DNA of 64,000 nucleotides, taken from contig JAGLDY010000013.1 of NCBI GenBank assembly GCA_023145375.1, positions 26,868 through 90,867 of the forward strand. The letters run 5' to 3'. A program made the translations under genes and the position numbers. A model generated the notes under the pieces. The model searched no databases, was not told where the DNA came from, and was given only the letters and a program-made list of their open reading frames with translations. Each line of letters begins with the position of its first letter. Position 1 is the stretch's first letter. This DNA comes from Candidatus Sabulitectum sp. (GTDB taxonomy: Bacteria > Fermentibacterota > Fermentibacteria > Fermentibacterales > JCC-6). This document shows, in pieces, positions 53,817 to 63,132 of this stretch.

Positions 53817-54464
53817 TTAGTCCATATCGGAAAGATCTACACTCCAGTAGAAGCCATCCTCATCCACCCATACTTCCCAGATGGTGTATACATCATCATC
53901 CTCGTCCACGCACTTGAAATCGTAGTAGTCACCTGCGGGAACGTAGAATGTAAGAGTCTCACCAGGATCAAGAAGATCTGAACCCAGACGATCGTCACCC
54001 CATGGAGAATCACTGGGATCACCGTAGACATACCAGATAGTCCAGCTGCCCAGGTCGTTCTCTATTGTGACAGGAGCCATTCCTCCACCTGAAGAACCAA
54101 CGCTTGTGCTGCTTCCCCAGTCCTGCTCACCAAGATCGTCCAGACTTACATACAGATCAAGGGTTCCGCTGATATCAACATTCCAGAAGATATACTCATC
54201 ATCGTCCTCGTCTATGATCTTAATATCGTATGTACCGTTGTTCAGGCGGAAAGATTTGCTGTAACCCGCGCTGATAGTCTCGCTGGACCCAAGCATATCA
54301 TCACCCCAGGATTCTGCGGATGAAGGTGAGATATAGACATAGAAGAAACTGTAGTTTCCAGTATCATTAGTGATCTCAAGACGCCCTGCAAAGGATGCGG
54401 CAACGCACACCATTACAAGGATAAAAAGTGCCCTTTTCAAAATAACCTCCCTGTTTTCCAGCAA
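53817..54464 (-). CDS. Secreted protein with two copies of a recurrent ~85-aa domain
   Basis: Signal-anchor ALFILVMVCVAASFAG. Repeat 1 is LEITNDTGNYSFFYVYI...WGDDMLG...YDIKIIDEDDDEY. Repeat 2 is VTIENDLGSWTIWYVYG...WGDDRLG...YDFKCVDEDDDVY. Confidence 0.6.
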   Translation of the reverse strand: MLENREVILKRALFILVMVCVAASFAGRLEITNDTGNYSFFYVYISPSSAESWGDDMLGSSETISAGYSKSFRLNNGTYDIKIIDEDDDEYIFWNVDISGTLDLYVSLDDLGEQDWGSSTSVGSSGGGMAPVTIENDLGSWTIWYVYGDPSDSPWGDDRLGSDLLDPGETLTFYVPAGDYYDFKCVDEDDDVYTIWEVWVDEDGFYWSVDLSDMD

Positions 54465-54623
54465 CTATGCACTGACCCACGATCGAATAGAATACCCGAT
54501 CACTTGTCTGATAATTCTTAAAGAGAGCACCGATGTCAATGCCCTGCTGTAAATCTACACCAGACAATTGTGCAGTATTCCATAGTATATTAGAGGCTTG
54601 GCAGGTACTGAAAGAGGAAAACG

Positions 54624-55643
54624 ATGAAAGTTCTTTATACTTCAACTGATACAGGTGTTGACAAAGCAGTGGGAAGGATACTGGACTCCTTTCCATGGCG
54701 TGAGTTTCTGCCTGAGGGGCGACCTGTGCTAGTTAAGGTAAATCTTACCTGGGACTACCTCCGGCCCGGTGTGAACACTTCTCCATGGGTTGTTGAAGCA
54801 CTGTGCAGACGATTAAAAGAGCATACCGGACAGATCTATCTGGGTGAATCCAGTCAAATACTTGTAGATGCTTCAAAAGCACTCAGGGTCCAGCGGATGG
54901 ATGCAGTGGTTGAAAGACAGGGACTTATCTGGCATAATTTCAGCGACAATCCATGGAAGGAAGTTACCGTCAATGGTCTTACTTTCGGTATTCCTGATAT
55001 CTGTACGAAAATGCCTGTGATCTCTGTCCCTGTGGTTAAGACCCATTACCGCTCTGTGATCTCTGTGGCATTGAAACATCTTTACGGATGCCTTAATGAC
55101 GGCAGACATAATTACCACTACAGACTTTCAGATTACGTTGTAGCGGTGAACAAAGCAATTCCAGTTAAATTCATTCTAGCAGACGGCACAGTAAGTCTGG
55201 AGGGTTCAGGACCAAAACCGGGGATCCCGAAACAGACCGATTTTCTTGCGCTTTCAACAGATCCGGTAGCTCTGGATCATTCTGTTGCAAAGGTCATGGG
55301 ACTTGACCCCGGAAAAATAGACAGCATTCAAAAGGGAAACGGAGAGGTGGGAACATGCGCTGACGTGGAGAACGTTTGCATCTCCCCGCTGACAGAGGTA
55401 CCATCATTCAACTTCAAGCCTGCAGAACCCAACTTCGTTGCAAAGGTGGAAAAAAAGCTCCGCGGAAAGAAAAAGGAGAAAGAGATACCAGGGGATGGCC
55501 CCTTTATAGGCGTAATGAAAGCCGGTGCAAAGCGCTGGTACAATCTATCCTACTCCATATTCGGCCAGAAAAGAGAAGCTGAAGAGTGGAAAAAAAGTCT
55601 TCCCTACGGCCCTCAGTGGCTTGGTGAACCGGAGGAAAAATGA
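54624..55643 (+). CDS. DUF362 domain protein
   Basis: PVLVKVNLTW...NTSPWVVEALCRRL...IYLGES, VVKTHYRSVISVALKHLYGC and ILADGTVSLEGSGP fit my recollection of the DUF362 pattern. Confidence 0.65.
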   Translation: MKVLYTSTDTGVDKAVGRILDSFPWREFLPEGRPVLVKVNLTWDYLRPGVNTSPWVVEALCRRLKEHTGQIYLGESSQILVDASKALRVQRMDAVVERQGLIWHNFSDNPWKEVTVNGLTFGIPDICTKMPVISVPVVKTHYRSVISVALKHLYGCLNDGRHNYHYRLSDYVVAVNKAIPVKFILADGTVSLEGSGPKPGIPKQTDFLALSTDPVALDHSVAKVMGLDPGKIDSIQKGNGEVGTCADVENVCISPLTEVPSFNFKPAEPNFVAKVEKKLRGKKKEKEIPGDGPFIGVMKAGAKRWYNLSYSIFGQKREAEEWKKSLPYGPQWLGEPEEK

Positions 55644-56692
55644 AGCTTGCCGGACAGATAAAAATGGGCATGGGAGCACTCAGATGCCGACTTGGCGCAA
55701 AGATCCCGCTGAATGTAATGGTTTCCATCACGGATCACTGCCCCAGCAGATGTTCCTACTGCCAGATCCCGTCCAGATGCAGAGAAGACCTTTCCACAGA
55801 GCAGTGGAAGGATATTTTCCGCCAGATCGCGGAAGCAGGTACAATGCGGATCGGTGTATGGGGTGGCGAACCACTTGCAAGAAGAGACATTGTTGAACTC
55901 TGTGCTTATGCAAGAGAACTGGGAATGTATGTCAGCCTTGATTCCAACGGTTACATGATACCTTCGAGAGCTGAGATACTTGACAATATAGACCACCTGG
56001 TCCTCTCCTACGATGGCCCTAAGGAGGCGCACGACAGGAACCGGGAGGAAGGAAGCTGGGAAAAGGTTACAGCTGCCTTTGAAGTTGCCTCAGGAAAGGT
56101 CAGACTCTGGTCTATCACCGTGCTCACAAAGAACAACATCCACCTTTTAGACGAGATAATGGAAACTGCGGAAAAATACGGCGTAATGACTACATTCCAG
56201 ACACTTCATCACAACGACACGCTTGGTGGAAATACTTCTGACATGATGCCCTCTGCAGATGAGTATTCTAAAGCTTTCCAAAAGCTCCTTCAGATGAAGA
56301 GGGCAGGAGCACCTATTCTTCTCAGCAACAGTTATCTCAGTGCAGCCTCCCGGTGGCAGGACTATTCAAAAACAAGAATAATGGATCGATTTTATGGCAC
56401 ATCATGCAAAGCTGGTAGAGCTTACTGCAACATTGATGTGGATGGTACTGTTTACCCGTGCTCCCTTCTTATCGGGGAATACGACGGTGCAAAGAACGCA
56501 CTTGACGGGGGGTTCAAGGAGGCTTTCCTTCACCTGAGCGAGAAAGAACTGCCATGCAACGCGTGTACCGCCTCCTGCTATCCTGAATACAACTACCTTT
56601 ATTCCCTTAATATTCCCGTTGCTCTGGACTGGGTAAAAGGGGTAAAAAGAACCGACGATCTTCTTCGCAAAATGAAGAGAACTGGAGAGTAA
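55640..56692 (+). CDS. Radical SAM enzyme with C-terminal SPASM/twitch-type Cys cluster
   Basis: ATGA overlap with the DUF362 gene. CPSRCSYC is CxxxCxxC. WGGEPLARRD is present. The C-terminus reads CKAGRAYCNIDVDGTVYPC...CNACTASC. Confidence 0.8.
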   Translation: MKLAGQIKMGMGALRCRLGAKIPLNVMVSITDHCPSRCSYCQIPSRCREDLSTEQWKDIFRQIAEAGTMRIGVWGGEPLARRDIVELCAYARELGMYVSLDSNGYMIPSRAEILDNIDHLVLSYDGPKEAHDRNREEGSWEKVTAAFEVASGKVRLWSITVLTKNNIHLLDEIMETAEKYGVMTTFQTLHHNDTLGGNTSDMMPSADEYSKAFQKLLQMKRAGAPILLSNSYLSAASRWQDYSKTRIMDRFYGTSCKAGRAYCNIDVDGTVYPCSLLIGEYDGAKNALDGGFKEAFLHLSEKELPCNACTASCYPEYNYLYSLNIPVALDWVKGVKRTDDLLRKMKRTGE

Positions 56693-56693
56693 A

Positions 56694-58157
56694 ATGCCGG
56701 CTCTGCCCGAGTACAGAACCAGGATACTGCTGGAAAACCACGAAGTACCCCTGGTTCCTGCAGTATTCCACAATACAATGCCCGAGATCCTTCCAGAACC
56801 TGTGGTCTACCTGAAGGCTCAGATCCCAGGTGCCACAAGCCGAGCGGGAAGAGGCCTGGTAAGACGGGCATCTACAAGAGAAGAGATATCAAACGGCCTT
56901 AAAGAACTTCTTTCTGAAGAAAACTGCCAGGGTGTTCTGGTTGCGGAAGCAGTGGATATAAAGAAGGAATACTACGCCGCATGCCTTCTTGATCTGGGAG
57001 ACGGTGAGACTCTGCCAGGAGGCGTTCTTCTCTTCAGCGCCGAAGGCGGAACAGGCATAGAGGGAAGAACCGGATCACTGTTGAGAATTCGTTTCAGCCT
57101 TCTAAACCCGCCATCTGCTGCCGAACTGGAGAGGAAGCTTGAAGAGACATCCAATTCTCAACAGTTGGCTGACTTCCTGGAGAAAATGATAGCTACCTTT
57201 ATCTCGTACAAACTCACTGTTCTTGAGACGAACCCCATTGCAGTCCTTGAAGACGGCTCCCATCTGGCAGTGGACTGTCGTGCGGAATTTGAAAAACACG
57301 CTGTTTCAAAAAAGAATGTACATCTGTTTGAGCTCCCTGAAAACTCCGTTGATGACAGCACGCAATTGGAGAAGGTGATCGAGGCCATTAATGCAGCAGA
57401 CCCTGCAGGAACAGGTTTTTTCCGGGCGTCTCGAGAAAAGGTGCCTGATGGTACCATTGCAGTTGCCACAAACCTCTGTGGAGGAGGGGGCAAAATGCTG
57501 TGGGAAATGACAACAGGTGGCAGGGATGACATTTTTTCTCTTAACGAAAGCGATACATCCGGTGGGCTCAGCGGTTTCAAGAGCTACAGGATCCTAAGGG
57601 TCATCATGAGTCAACCTGAAGCACAGGTTCTCATTCTAACCGGTAGCGGAATGGCATTCCAGAATCAGTTCCACCTGGCCTCTGCTGTCTGGAAGGCTCT
57701 AAGGGAATCCCCATCACCCCTTCCCTGTCTGCTCCGTTTCGGCGGTACCGATCAGGAAAAAGCAATGGAACTCATGGATACCGTTTCAGAAGATCTTCCT
57801 GTGAAGGTGAAAACCTTTAAACCTGAAATATTCCCAAATGCAATGGTTGAACATCTCAGTGAGACAGCCACCAGGGAGAGAGTAAAACAAAAGTTCATAC
57901 CGGAACCCGGTGAACTTGCATTCACTGTGGAAACACCACCTGCAAGATTTGTCTACCACCCGGATAAGAATCCTGAAAGGGTTGAACCTCTATGCATCAA
58001 AGAATGTCCCACAGGCTTCCTGAAGTGGAGCGGCGGCAGGATAACCACGGACCCTGATGCAAAATGTATAGGGTGCCTGGTCTGTGAGACCGTTTCTCTT
58101 CTTCAGGGCAACGGAGAGCTGACCATAGAGCTTGATCTTCCCGGGGAGGTACTGTAA
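56694..58157 (+). CDS. Succinyl-CoA synthetase beta-like ATP-grasp subunit with extra C-terminal ferredoxin-like Cys motif
   Basis: LPEYRTRILLENHEVP, VYLKAQIPGATSRAGRGLV, VLVAEAVDIKKEYY and LLFSAEGGTGIE are collinear with SucC. The tail is CIKECP...CIGCLVCETV. Confidence 0.65.
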   Translation: MPALPEYRTRILLENHEVPLVPAVFHNTMPEILPEPVVYLKAQIPGATSRAGRGLVRRASTREEISNGLKELLSEENCQGVLVAEAVDIKKEYYAACLLDLGDGETLPGGVLLFSAEGGTGIEGRTGSLLRIRFSLLNPPSAAELERKLEETSNSQQLADFLEKMIATFISYKLTVLETNPIAVLEDGSHLAVDCRAEFEKHAVSKKNVHLFELPENSVDDSTQLEKVIEAINAADPAGTGFFRASREKVPDGTIAVATNLCGGGGKMLWEMTTGGRDDIFSLNESDTSGGLSGFKSYRILRVIMSQPEAQVLILTGSGMAFQNQFHLASAVWKALRESPSPLPCLLRFGGTDQEKAMELMDTVSEDLPVKVKTFKPEIFPNAMVEHLSETATRERVKQKFIPEPGELAFTVETPPARFVYHPDKNPERVEPLCIKECPTGFLKWSGGRITTDPDAKCIGCLVCETVSLLQGNGELTIELDLPGEVL

Positions 58158-59119
58158 TGGCCGGAATACTCAAATATCTGTGTGACATAGACACTCCGAA
58201 AGTGCTGGTCTTCGGAATAACAGGGAGACAGGGAAAGAGCAGATCCAGGCTGATGAGAGGTTTTGGAACAGAGATAGTTGCTGGCTGCACGCCGGGAAAG
58301 GGTGGTCAGGAGGTAGACGATGTACCAGTCTACAACACCGCTATAGAAGCACTGGCTGCACACCCCGAGGTAAACAGCGCTGTTTTCTTCGTCCCGGCTG
58401 GTGCCATAGCAAAAGCTGCATTTGATGCCATGGATGCAGGGATCAAATTTCTCGTTCTTACCGCTGACGGAGTTGCAACTCAGGATTCCATCAGGATAAA
58501 AGAAAAAGCATTTGAGAGCGGGGCGAAATGCCTCGGGCCAAACACCGTAGGTATGCTGGACACAGACGGGTATCTCTTTGGTCTTATAGGAGGCAAGGCC
58601 TCCTGGGCAAAAAAGAACTATCTGCCCGGTAAAGTAGGTGTTATCAGCCGTTCCGGTGGGCTCAGTCAGCTTCTGGCAGCTTTTCACTGCCGCAGGGACC
58701 TGCCGGGCCCAAGACCTGACGGTTCCTTCGGCCCACTGTGGGGAGAGAACTTTCCCGGCCTCTCAGCGGTTCTCTGCGTTGGAGGAGACCCTGTTCCAGG
58801 CCTCACCCTTCTTGATGCTGCAAGAGCCTTTGAGGCTGATCCAAGGACAGAAGTAATGGCTGTCTACGCTGAGACAGGAACTACACAGGAGAATGATCTG
58901 GCCAGGGCAATAGAGAACGGAGATATATCTAAACCTGTTGTGGTATTCCTGGGAGGAAAATTCACGGAAGCAGGAGTGGCGCAGAGCCATGCCGGTGCCA
59001 TGATCAGAAATGAGAGTGAAAGCTACAAAGCTAAAAAGGAAGCTCTGGAAAAAGCTGGAGCGATAGTAGTAGACAGACCTGATTCTGTATTTGCCGCAAC
59101 AGCGGAATTCCTTAGATAG
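58157..59119 (+). CDS. Succinyl-CoA synthetase alpha-like CoA-binding subunit
   Basis: 1-nt overlap with the upstream gene. GITGRQG, TPGKGG, GPNTVG, ISRSGG, VGGDP and the phosphohistidine loop QSHAGAM are present. A ~25-aa insertion (CRRDLPGPRPDGSFGPLWGENFPG) distinguishes it from E. coli SucD as I recall it. Confidence 0.75.
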   Translation: MAGILKYLCDIDTPKVLVFGITGRQGKSRSRLMRGFGTEIVAGCTPGKGGQEVDDVPVYNTAIEALAAHPEVNSAVFFVPAGAIAKAAFDAMDAGIKFLVLTADGVATQDSIRIKEKAFESGAKCLGPNTVGMLDTDGYLFGLIGGKASWAKKNYLPGKVGVISRSGGLSQLLAAFHCRRDLPGPRPDGSFGPLWGENFPGLSAVLCVGGDPVPGLTLLDAARAFEADPRTEVMAVYAETGTTQENDLARAIENGDISKPVVVFLGGKFTEAGVAQSHAGAMIRNESESYKAKKEALEKAGAIVVDRPDSVFAATAEFLR

Positions 59120-59135
59120 CATTCCAGCTGTCATG

Positions 59136-59159
59136 AAGGGCACGGTCTCCCGTGCCCTT
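59136..59159 (+). terminator. Stem-loop terminator of the DUF362-rSAM-SCS-like operon
   Basis: AAGGGCACGG-tctc-CCGTGCCCTT is a perfect 10-bp stem 17 nt after the stop. The T-tract is poor. Confidence 0.6.
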
Positions 59160-59177
59160 CTGATCCAGTGTCCTATG

Positions 59178-59216
59178 TAAAAAGAAAGATGGTGCCCGGG
59201 CGGGAGCCCGGACACC
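59178..59216 (-). terminator. Rho-independent terminator of the M1 peptidase gene
   Basis: The minus strand reads GGTGTCCGGGCTCCCGCCCGGGCACC followed by ATCTTTCTTTTT. Confidence 0.7.
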
Positions 59217-59226
59217 TGCATGTTCT

Positions 59227-61116
59227 TTAGTTGGAGAGTATTACCAGTCTGGCAGTCTGCCTCATATTTCCTGGAGCAACTGCATCAACAAAATACGTAC
59301 CTGCAGGAACCCCGAAAAGGTCAAGTGTTCTGTAAGAAGGCTCCATGGTTCCGCTCTGTATGATCCTGCCGGAAAGATCGTAAACCTTAACTTCAAGAGT
59401 CATATCCCCGGTACCCAGCCAGTTGATAGTTGCATTTGAAGAGGTTGGATTGGGTCCCAGATACATAGTTCCCACTCCACCCTGAGGAGGAAATGTCTGT
59501 TCCTCAACTCCCAGTATCGAAGTGCTGAGTATCTTGATATTCGGATCGAATTCCACTGTTACCGGCTCAAAGGGAAGAATGAATATCTCCTCCTGGTTCG
59601 GAGTATCATTCAGGAATGTTAAGATGGTATCAGATGCTGAACCTTCAACAAGAAATTCAACCGGCATGGTAAAGAAGTTCTCCACGGTCTGGATCTGGTT
59701 GATGTTAATGGTCAACTGCCAGTCTGAACCCTGCTGTACCCAGTCGCTGGAAGCATCATAGATGGGATAACCGGGACCATAGACCCACTGATCAAAGAAC
59801 CAGCTCAGATCAGCACCGTACTCCGCTTCCATATAGCCCACAAGATCAACTGTGGTGGCAGTGCTGTAACTGTGCTGGGCAAAATATGTATTCAATCCAT
59901 TGAAAAAATCGGTATCCCCCATTATGTGTCTAAGCATGTAGAGAACAGAAGCACCCTTCTCGTAAGTTGTGTTGCTCCAGAGTTCTGCAGGTGTCTGAGG
60001 GTCAATGATGGGAAAAAGCTCTCCGCTGTTAAGGTAGGGCTTCATAATGTTGTTCACTATGTAGTCAAGATACTCTTCCTGCCCGTAGGTTTCCATCCAT
60101 ATTGCTTCACTGAAGGTGGCGAAACTTTCAGAAAGCCACACTTCTGTCCAGAATTCCTCTGTTACACAATTACCCCACCACATGTGCGACATCTCGTGGG
60201 CAAGAAGCCAGTCGTAGTTGGTCCCGCCATTGATGGCTGCAGCGAAGTGATACACCTGTGAGAGATGCTCCATATCTCCAAGTGGAGTCTGTACGTAGCT
60301 GAACTTGCAGTCCCATGGGTAAGGGCTGTAGACATTCTCAAGATTGGCCATCATCTGATCAACATGAACGAATGAGCCAAGAGCATCCTCAACATCCCAT
60401 GAATAAACGTAGTAGTACAGCCTGGAATCTGTTGAATCATGCAGTACGGTATAGTCTGCCACGCTGATGGCAGCTAGATAGGTTGACATGGGTTGATCCA
60501 GGGTCCAGTGATAGGTAAGTGTTCCGTCTGCGTTGTCGGTAACACCTGCAGAGTCTCCATTTGCAACCGCATAGAGAGTGTCCGGAACTGTAATATGGAA
60601 ATCATAAGACGCCTTATCCGCTGGTCTGTCATGACAGGGGAACATATACCTGCCCATTGATGGATCTGCAACAAAGCCAACGCCCATATGGTATGTAACG
60701 TATGGATGGAAATGAAATCCACCCCATGATTCCTCTGCAGGAGCCCCGGAGTAATCAATAATAAGATCTATGGTATCTGCTGTGGATGCCGGTGCAGGCA
60801 GGGTGATGAACAGGGAATCTCCATCCTGGCTGAAAGAAGATGCCCCTGCGACCTCTGACACAGTAAGTGCTTTGAGATACAGTTTGAAGTCGGTAAGATT
60901 ATCCTCCGTAGGTATAAATGTAACTTCAGTGGTGGCTTCAATGGTTTCAGCCTCTCGATCTATAGCTATGGCAAGATCGTAGTGAAGAACATCAACAGGT
61001 TCAAGATCAAATTGCTGATAAAGAGGTTCTATAGAAGGAGTTAGTGGTCTTGTAAGAACCATGGGATCGAATCTCGGGCTGTACATTGCAAAGAGGATCA
61101 ACAGTATCTGCATCAT
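59227..61116 (-). CDS. M1 family zinc aminopeptidase with T9SS C-terminal sorting domain
   Basis: HEMSHMWWGN-x-WLSESFA is HExxH-x18-E. The C-terminal ~80 aa (LGPNPTSSNATINW...VKVYDLSGRII...GTYFVDAV...ARLVILSN) are Por-secretion-tail-like. Confidence 0.85.
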   Translation of the reverse strand: MMQILLILFAMYSPRFDPMVLTRPLTPSIEPLYQQFDLEPVDVLHYDLAIAIDREAETIEATTEVTFIPTEDNLTDFKLYLKALTVSEVAGASSFSQDGDSLFITLPAPASTADTIDLIIDYSGAPAEESWGGFHFHPYVTYHMGVGFVADPSMGRYMFPCHDRPADKASYDFHITVPDTLYAVANGDSAGVTDNADGTLTYHWTLDQPMSTYLAAISVADYTVLHDSTDSRLYYYVYSWDVEDALGSFVHVDQMMANLENVYSPYPWDCKFSYVQTPLGDMEHLSQVYHFAAAINGGTNYDWLLAHEMSHMWWGNCVTEEFWTEVWLSESFATFSEAIWMETYGQEEYLDYIVNNIMKPYLNSGELFPIIDPQTPAELWSNTTYEKGASVLYMLRHIMGDTDFFNGLNTYFAQHSYSTATTVDLVGYMEAEYGADLSWFFDQWVYGPGYPIYDASSDWVQQGSDWQLTININQIQTVENFFTMPVEFLVEGSASDTILTFLNDTPNQEEIFILPFEPVTVEFDPNIKILSTSILGVEEQTFPPQGGVGTMYLGPNPTSSNATINWLGTGDMTLEVKVYDLSGRIIQSGTMEPSYRTLDLFGVPAGTYFVDAVAPGNMRQTARLVILSN

Positions 61117-62678
61117 TCACTCCAATCAAGCAGAAGGCCATCTATGAATTCTCTAAGGATACTCAATCTAGGTACAACGCTCTCATTTATGGGCTCCACA
61201 CAGTCAAGAAGCCTGAGAAGTCTGTCCGCATCATTATAAGCTCCGGATCCCTCCTCCACATCCTCCAGCAGGGACACAAGATAAGGTTTTAATACCGGAA
61301 GCTCGTAGGGCAGAGCGGAATTAAACACCATATCCGCCTGCTCCTGGAAGGGGAAGATATTCATCCTCTCGCCCCGCCTTACGCTTGACCAGCCCAGTAT
61401 TGTCTCTGTGGCGGAATACCCTCTCCTGAAACTGTCTCTGACTATCCTTCTGAGAAGCCTTCCGTCAGAGGTGGACATCCTTGTAAGCCTGTCAATATTC
61501 AGGGTTGTAAGAGCGCTTATGTATATCTTGAATTTCTCTTTAACATCCACACCGGGAGTAAGGCTGTCATTCAGGCCATGTATTCCCTCAATAAGAAGGA
61601 ACTCGTTACTGTCCAGTGTCATAGGGGTGACATCATCTTCCCTGACGCCGGTATGAAAATCAAAAACAGGCAGTTTCACAGTTTCCCCGTTAACCAGTTT
61701 CTTAACATGATCACCAAAAAGCTCAGTATTCAGTGCTCCAATGCACTCGAAATCATAACTTCCATCTTTGTTCTTCGGCGTTTCAGAGCGGTTTCTAAAA
61801 TAGTTGTCAACACTTATCATTCTAGTGTTGTATCCCTCTGCTCTCAAGTAAGTTGCAAGCATGCGGGTAAAGGTCGTCTTACCACTGCAGGATGGCCCTG
61901 CTATCATGATTATCCTCTTTGCGGGAAATTCGTCACCAAGCCTGCTTACGATCTGCACTATACGCCTGTTCTGGTAGAAATGACTCATCATGACAGCTTC
62001 TCTTCCACCGTCCTCGCGAATCCTTCTGTTCAGCATATCCACAGTATGAACTTTCATTCTGGAAATATGCTTTTCTTCCAGATCCAGCTCTTTCGCGAGA
62101 GAGGGACGACTCTTCCATGGAACGATCTCAGGCCAGGCTTTACTACCGGGAAATCTGAGAAGGAAGCATCCGTCAGCGGGAAGCAGTTCCCATACTGTCA
62201 ACCAGGAAGTATCCGGAACCGTGGGGCCCATGGCAAAAGCCCAGGAATCCTTAAGCACATTTGCTGTGTACTTTTCCTTACCCATGTGCCATCTGGGAAG
62301 AAGGGAATGCTCGCCCACAAGGTCTAATGCTTCTCCAGAAGCCAGGTTACGATAAGTAATTGGAAGAGCTTCATCGACAATTTTTTTAAGTTCCAGGTCT
62401 AGCCTGCTGCAAACCTCAGCCTCAGAACCTCTTTTCATTCCCTCTATCCTGCACCTGTATCCCAGAGAGATTGAATGCTCCACCCAGAGTTTCCACTCTG
62501 GAAATACCCTTTTAACGGCAAGGTCAAGCGCAAGGATCAATCCTCTACGGTAAACTTCTCTCCCCTCTGTTGTCCAGGGATGTATTGTTTTTCCTTTGGA
62601 ATATCCAAGCGGCACTATGGATCCTGATGCATCTCTCACTGCAATTGATGTTCTTTCGCTCAGGGTATCTGCTCCCAT
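61113..62678 (-). CDS. Uridine kinase/phosphoribulokinase-family P-loop kinase with ~250-aa N-terminal domain
   Basis: P-loop IAGPSCSGKTTF, VDNYF, LLIEGIHGLN and the C-terminus RGYSATETILGW. 4-nt overlap with the peptidase gene. Confidence 0.65.
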   Translation of the reverse strand: MGADTLSERTSIAVRDASGSIVPLGYSKGKTIHPWTTEGREVYRRGLILALDLAVKRVFPEWKLWVEHSISLGYRCRIEGMKRGSEAEVCSRLDLELKKIVDEALPITYRNLASGEALDLVGEHSLLPRWHMGKEKYTANVLKDSWAFAMGPTVPDTSWLTVWELLPADGCFLLRFPGSKAWPEIVPWKSRPSLAKELDLEEKHISRMKVHTVDMLNRRIREDGGREAVMMSHFYQNRRIVQIVSRLGDEFPAKRIIMIAGPSCSGKTTFTRMLATYLRAEGYNTRMISVDNYFRNRSETPKNKDGSYDFECIGALNTELFGDHVKKLVNGETVKLPVFDFHTGVREDDVTPMTLDSNEFLLIEGIHGLNDSLTPGVDVKEKFKIYISALTTLNIDRLTRMSTSDGRLLRRIVRDSFRRGYSATETILGWSSVRRGERMNIFPFQEQADMVFNSALPYELPVLKPYLVSLLEDVEEGSGAYNDADRLLRLLDCVEPINESVVPRLSILREFIDGLLLDWSE

Positions 62679-63132
62679 GAAACTGTTCCTTTCTGCTGTT
62701 GATCAGTGATAATACACCAATCATCGGCAAATGGGAACCCCCCACAGATAGAATCCATGGACATACTATATGCATCTATCATGCCTTCTAATGGATGTTT
62801 ACAGTACACTCCATCTCATGGGATTCATCCAGAGAATGACAACCCGCCACTGCGCCTTCTGCTTCCACTATCTCAGAAAATGATCAGCTCAGGCTTCAGC
62901 ACTTGACTACACTTTGATTTTATTGTGGCATTAAAACGTCTTACTCGCACGGTTCAAGAACCTTACTCACTTTTTGGGACATCGCGACAGTCATTCTGTA
63001 TCTATAAGATTATTTCCTCTTGTCATGGTGACTTATCCTTTATGGGACGAATAGTGACTGCGGTGGAACGATCTTCAGGTTGACTGGAGTACTCTTCTTC
63101 ATCATTTTCAGGGTACGAAGAATGGAGAATGT

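Noticed and set aside
54465-54623. I searched upstream of the DUF362-rSAM operon for a small precursor-peptide ORF, which would suggest a RiPP cluster.
   Set aside because: No short ORF with an SD is visible in the 159-nt gap, and the ATP-grasp protein is SucC-like with a SucD-like partner rather than a peptide ligase. This was only an inspection by eye, so a very short or non-canonical peptide gene could have been missed.
61578-62327. 249-aa plus-strand ORF opposite the uridine-kinase-like gene. Similar long antisense ORFs occur at 37668..38222, 58103..58687, 20481..21050 and 21810..22427.
   Set aside because: Each lies fully inside a gene with clear family motifs on the other strand and has non-protein-like composition.
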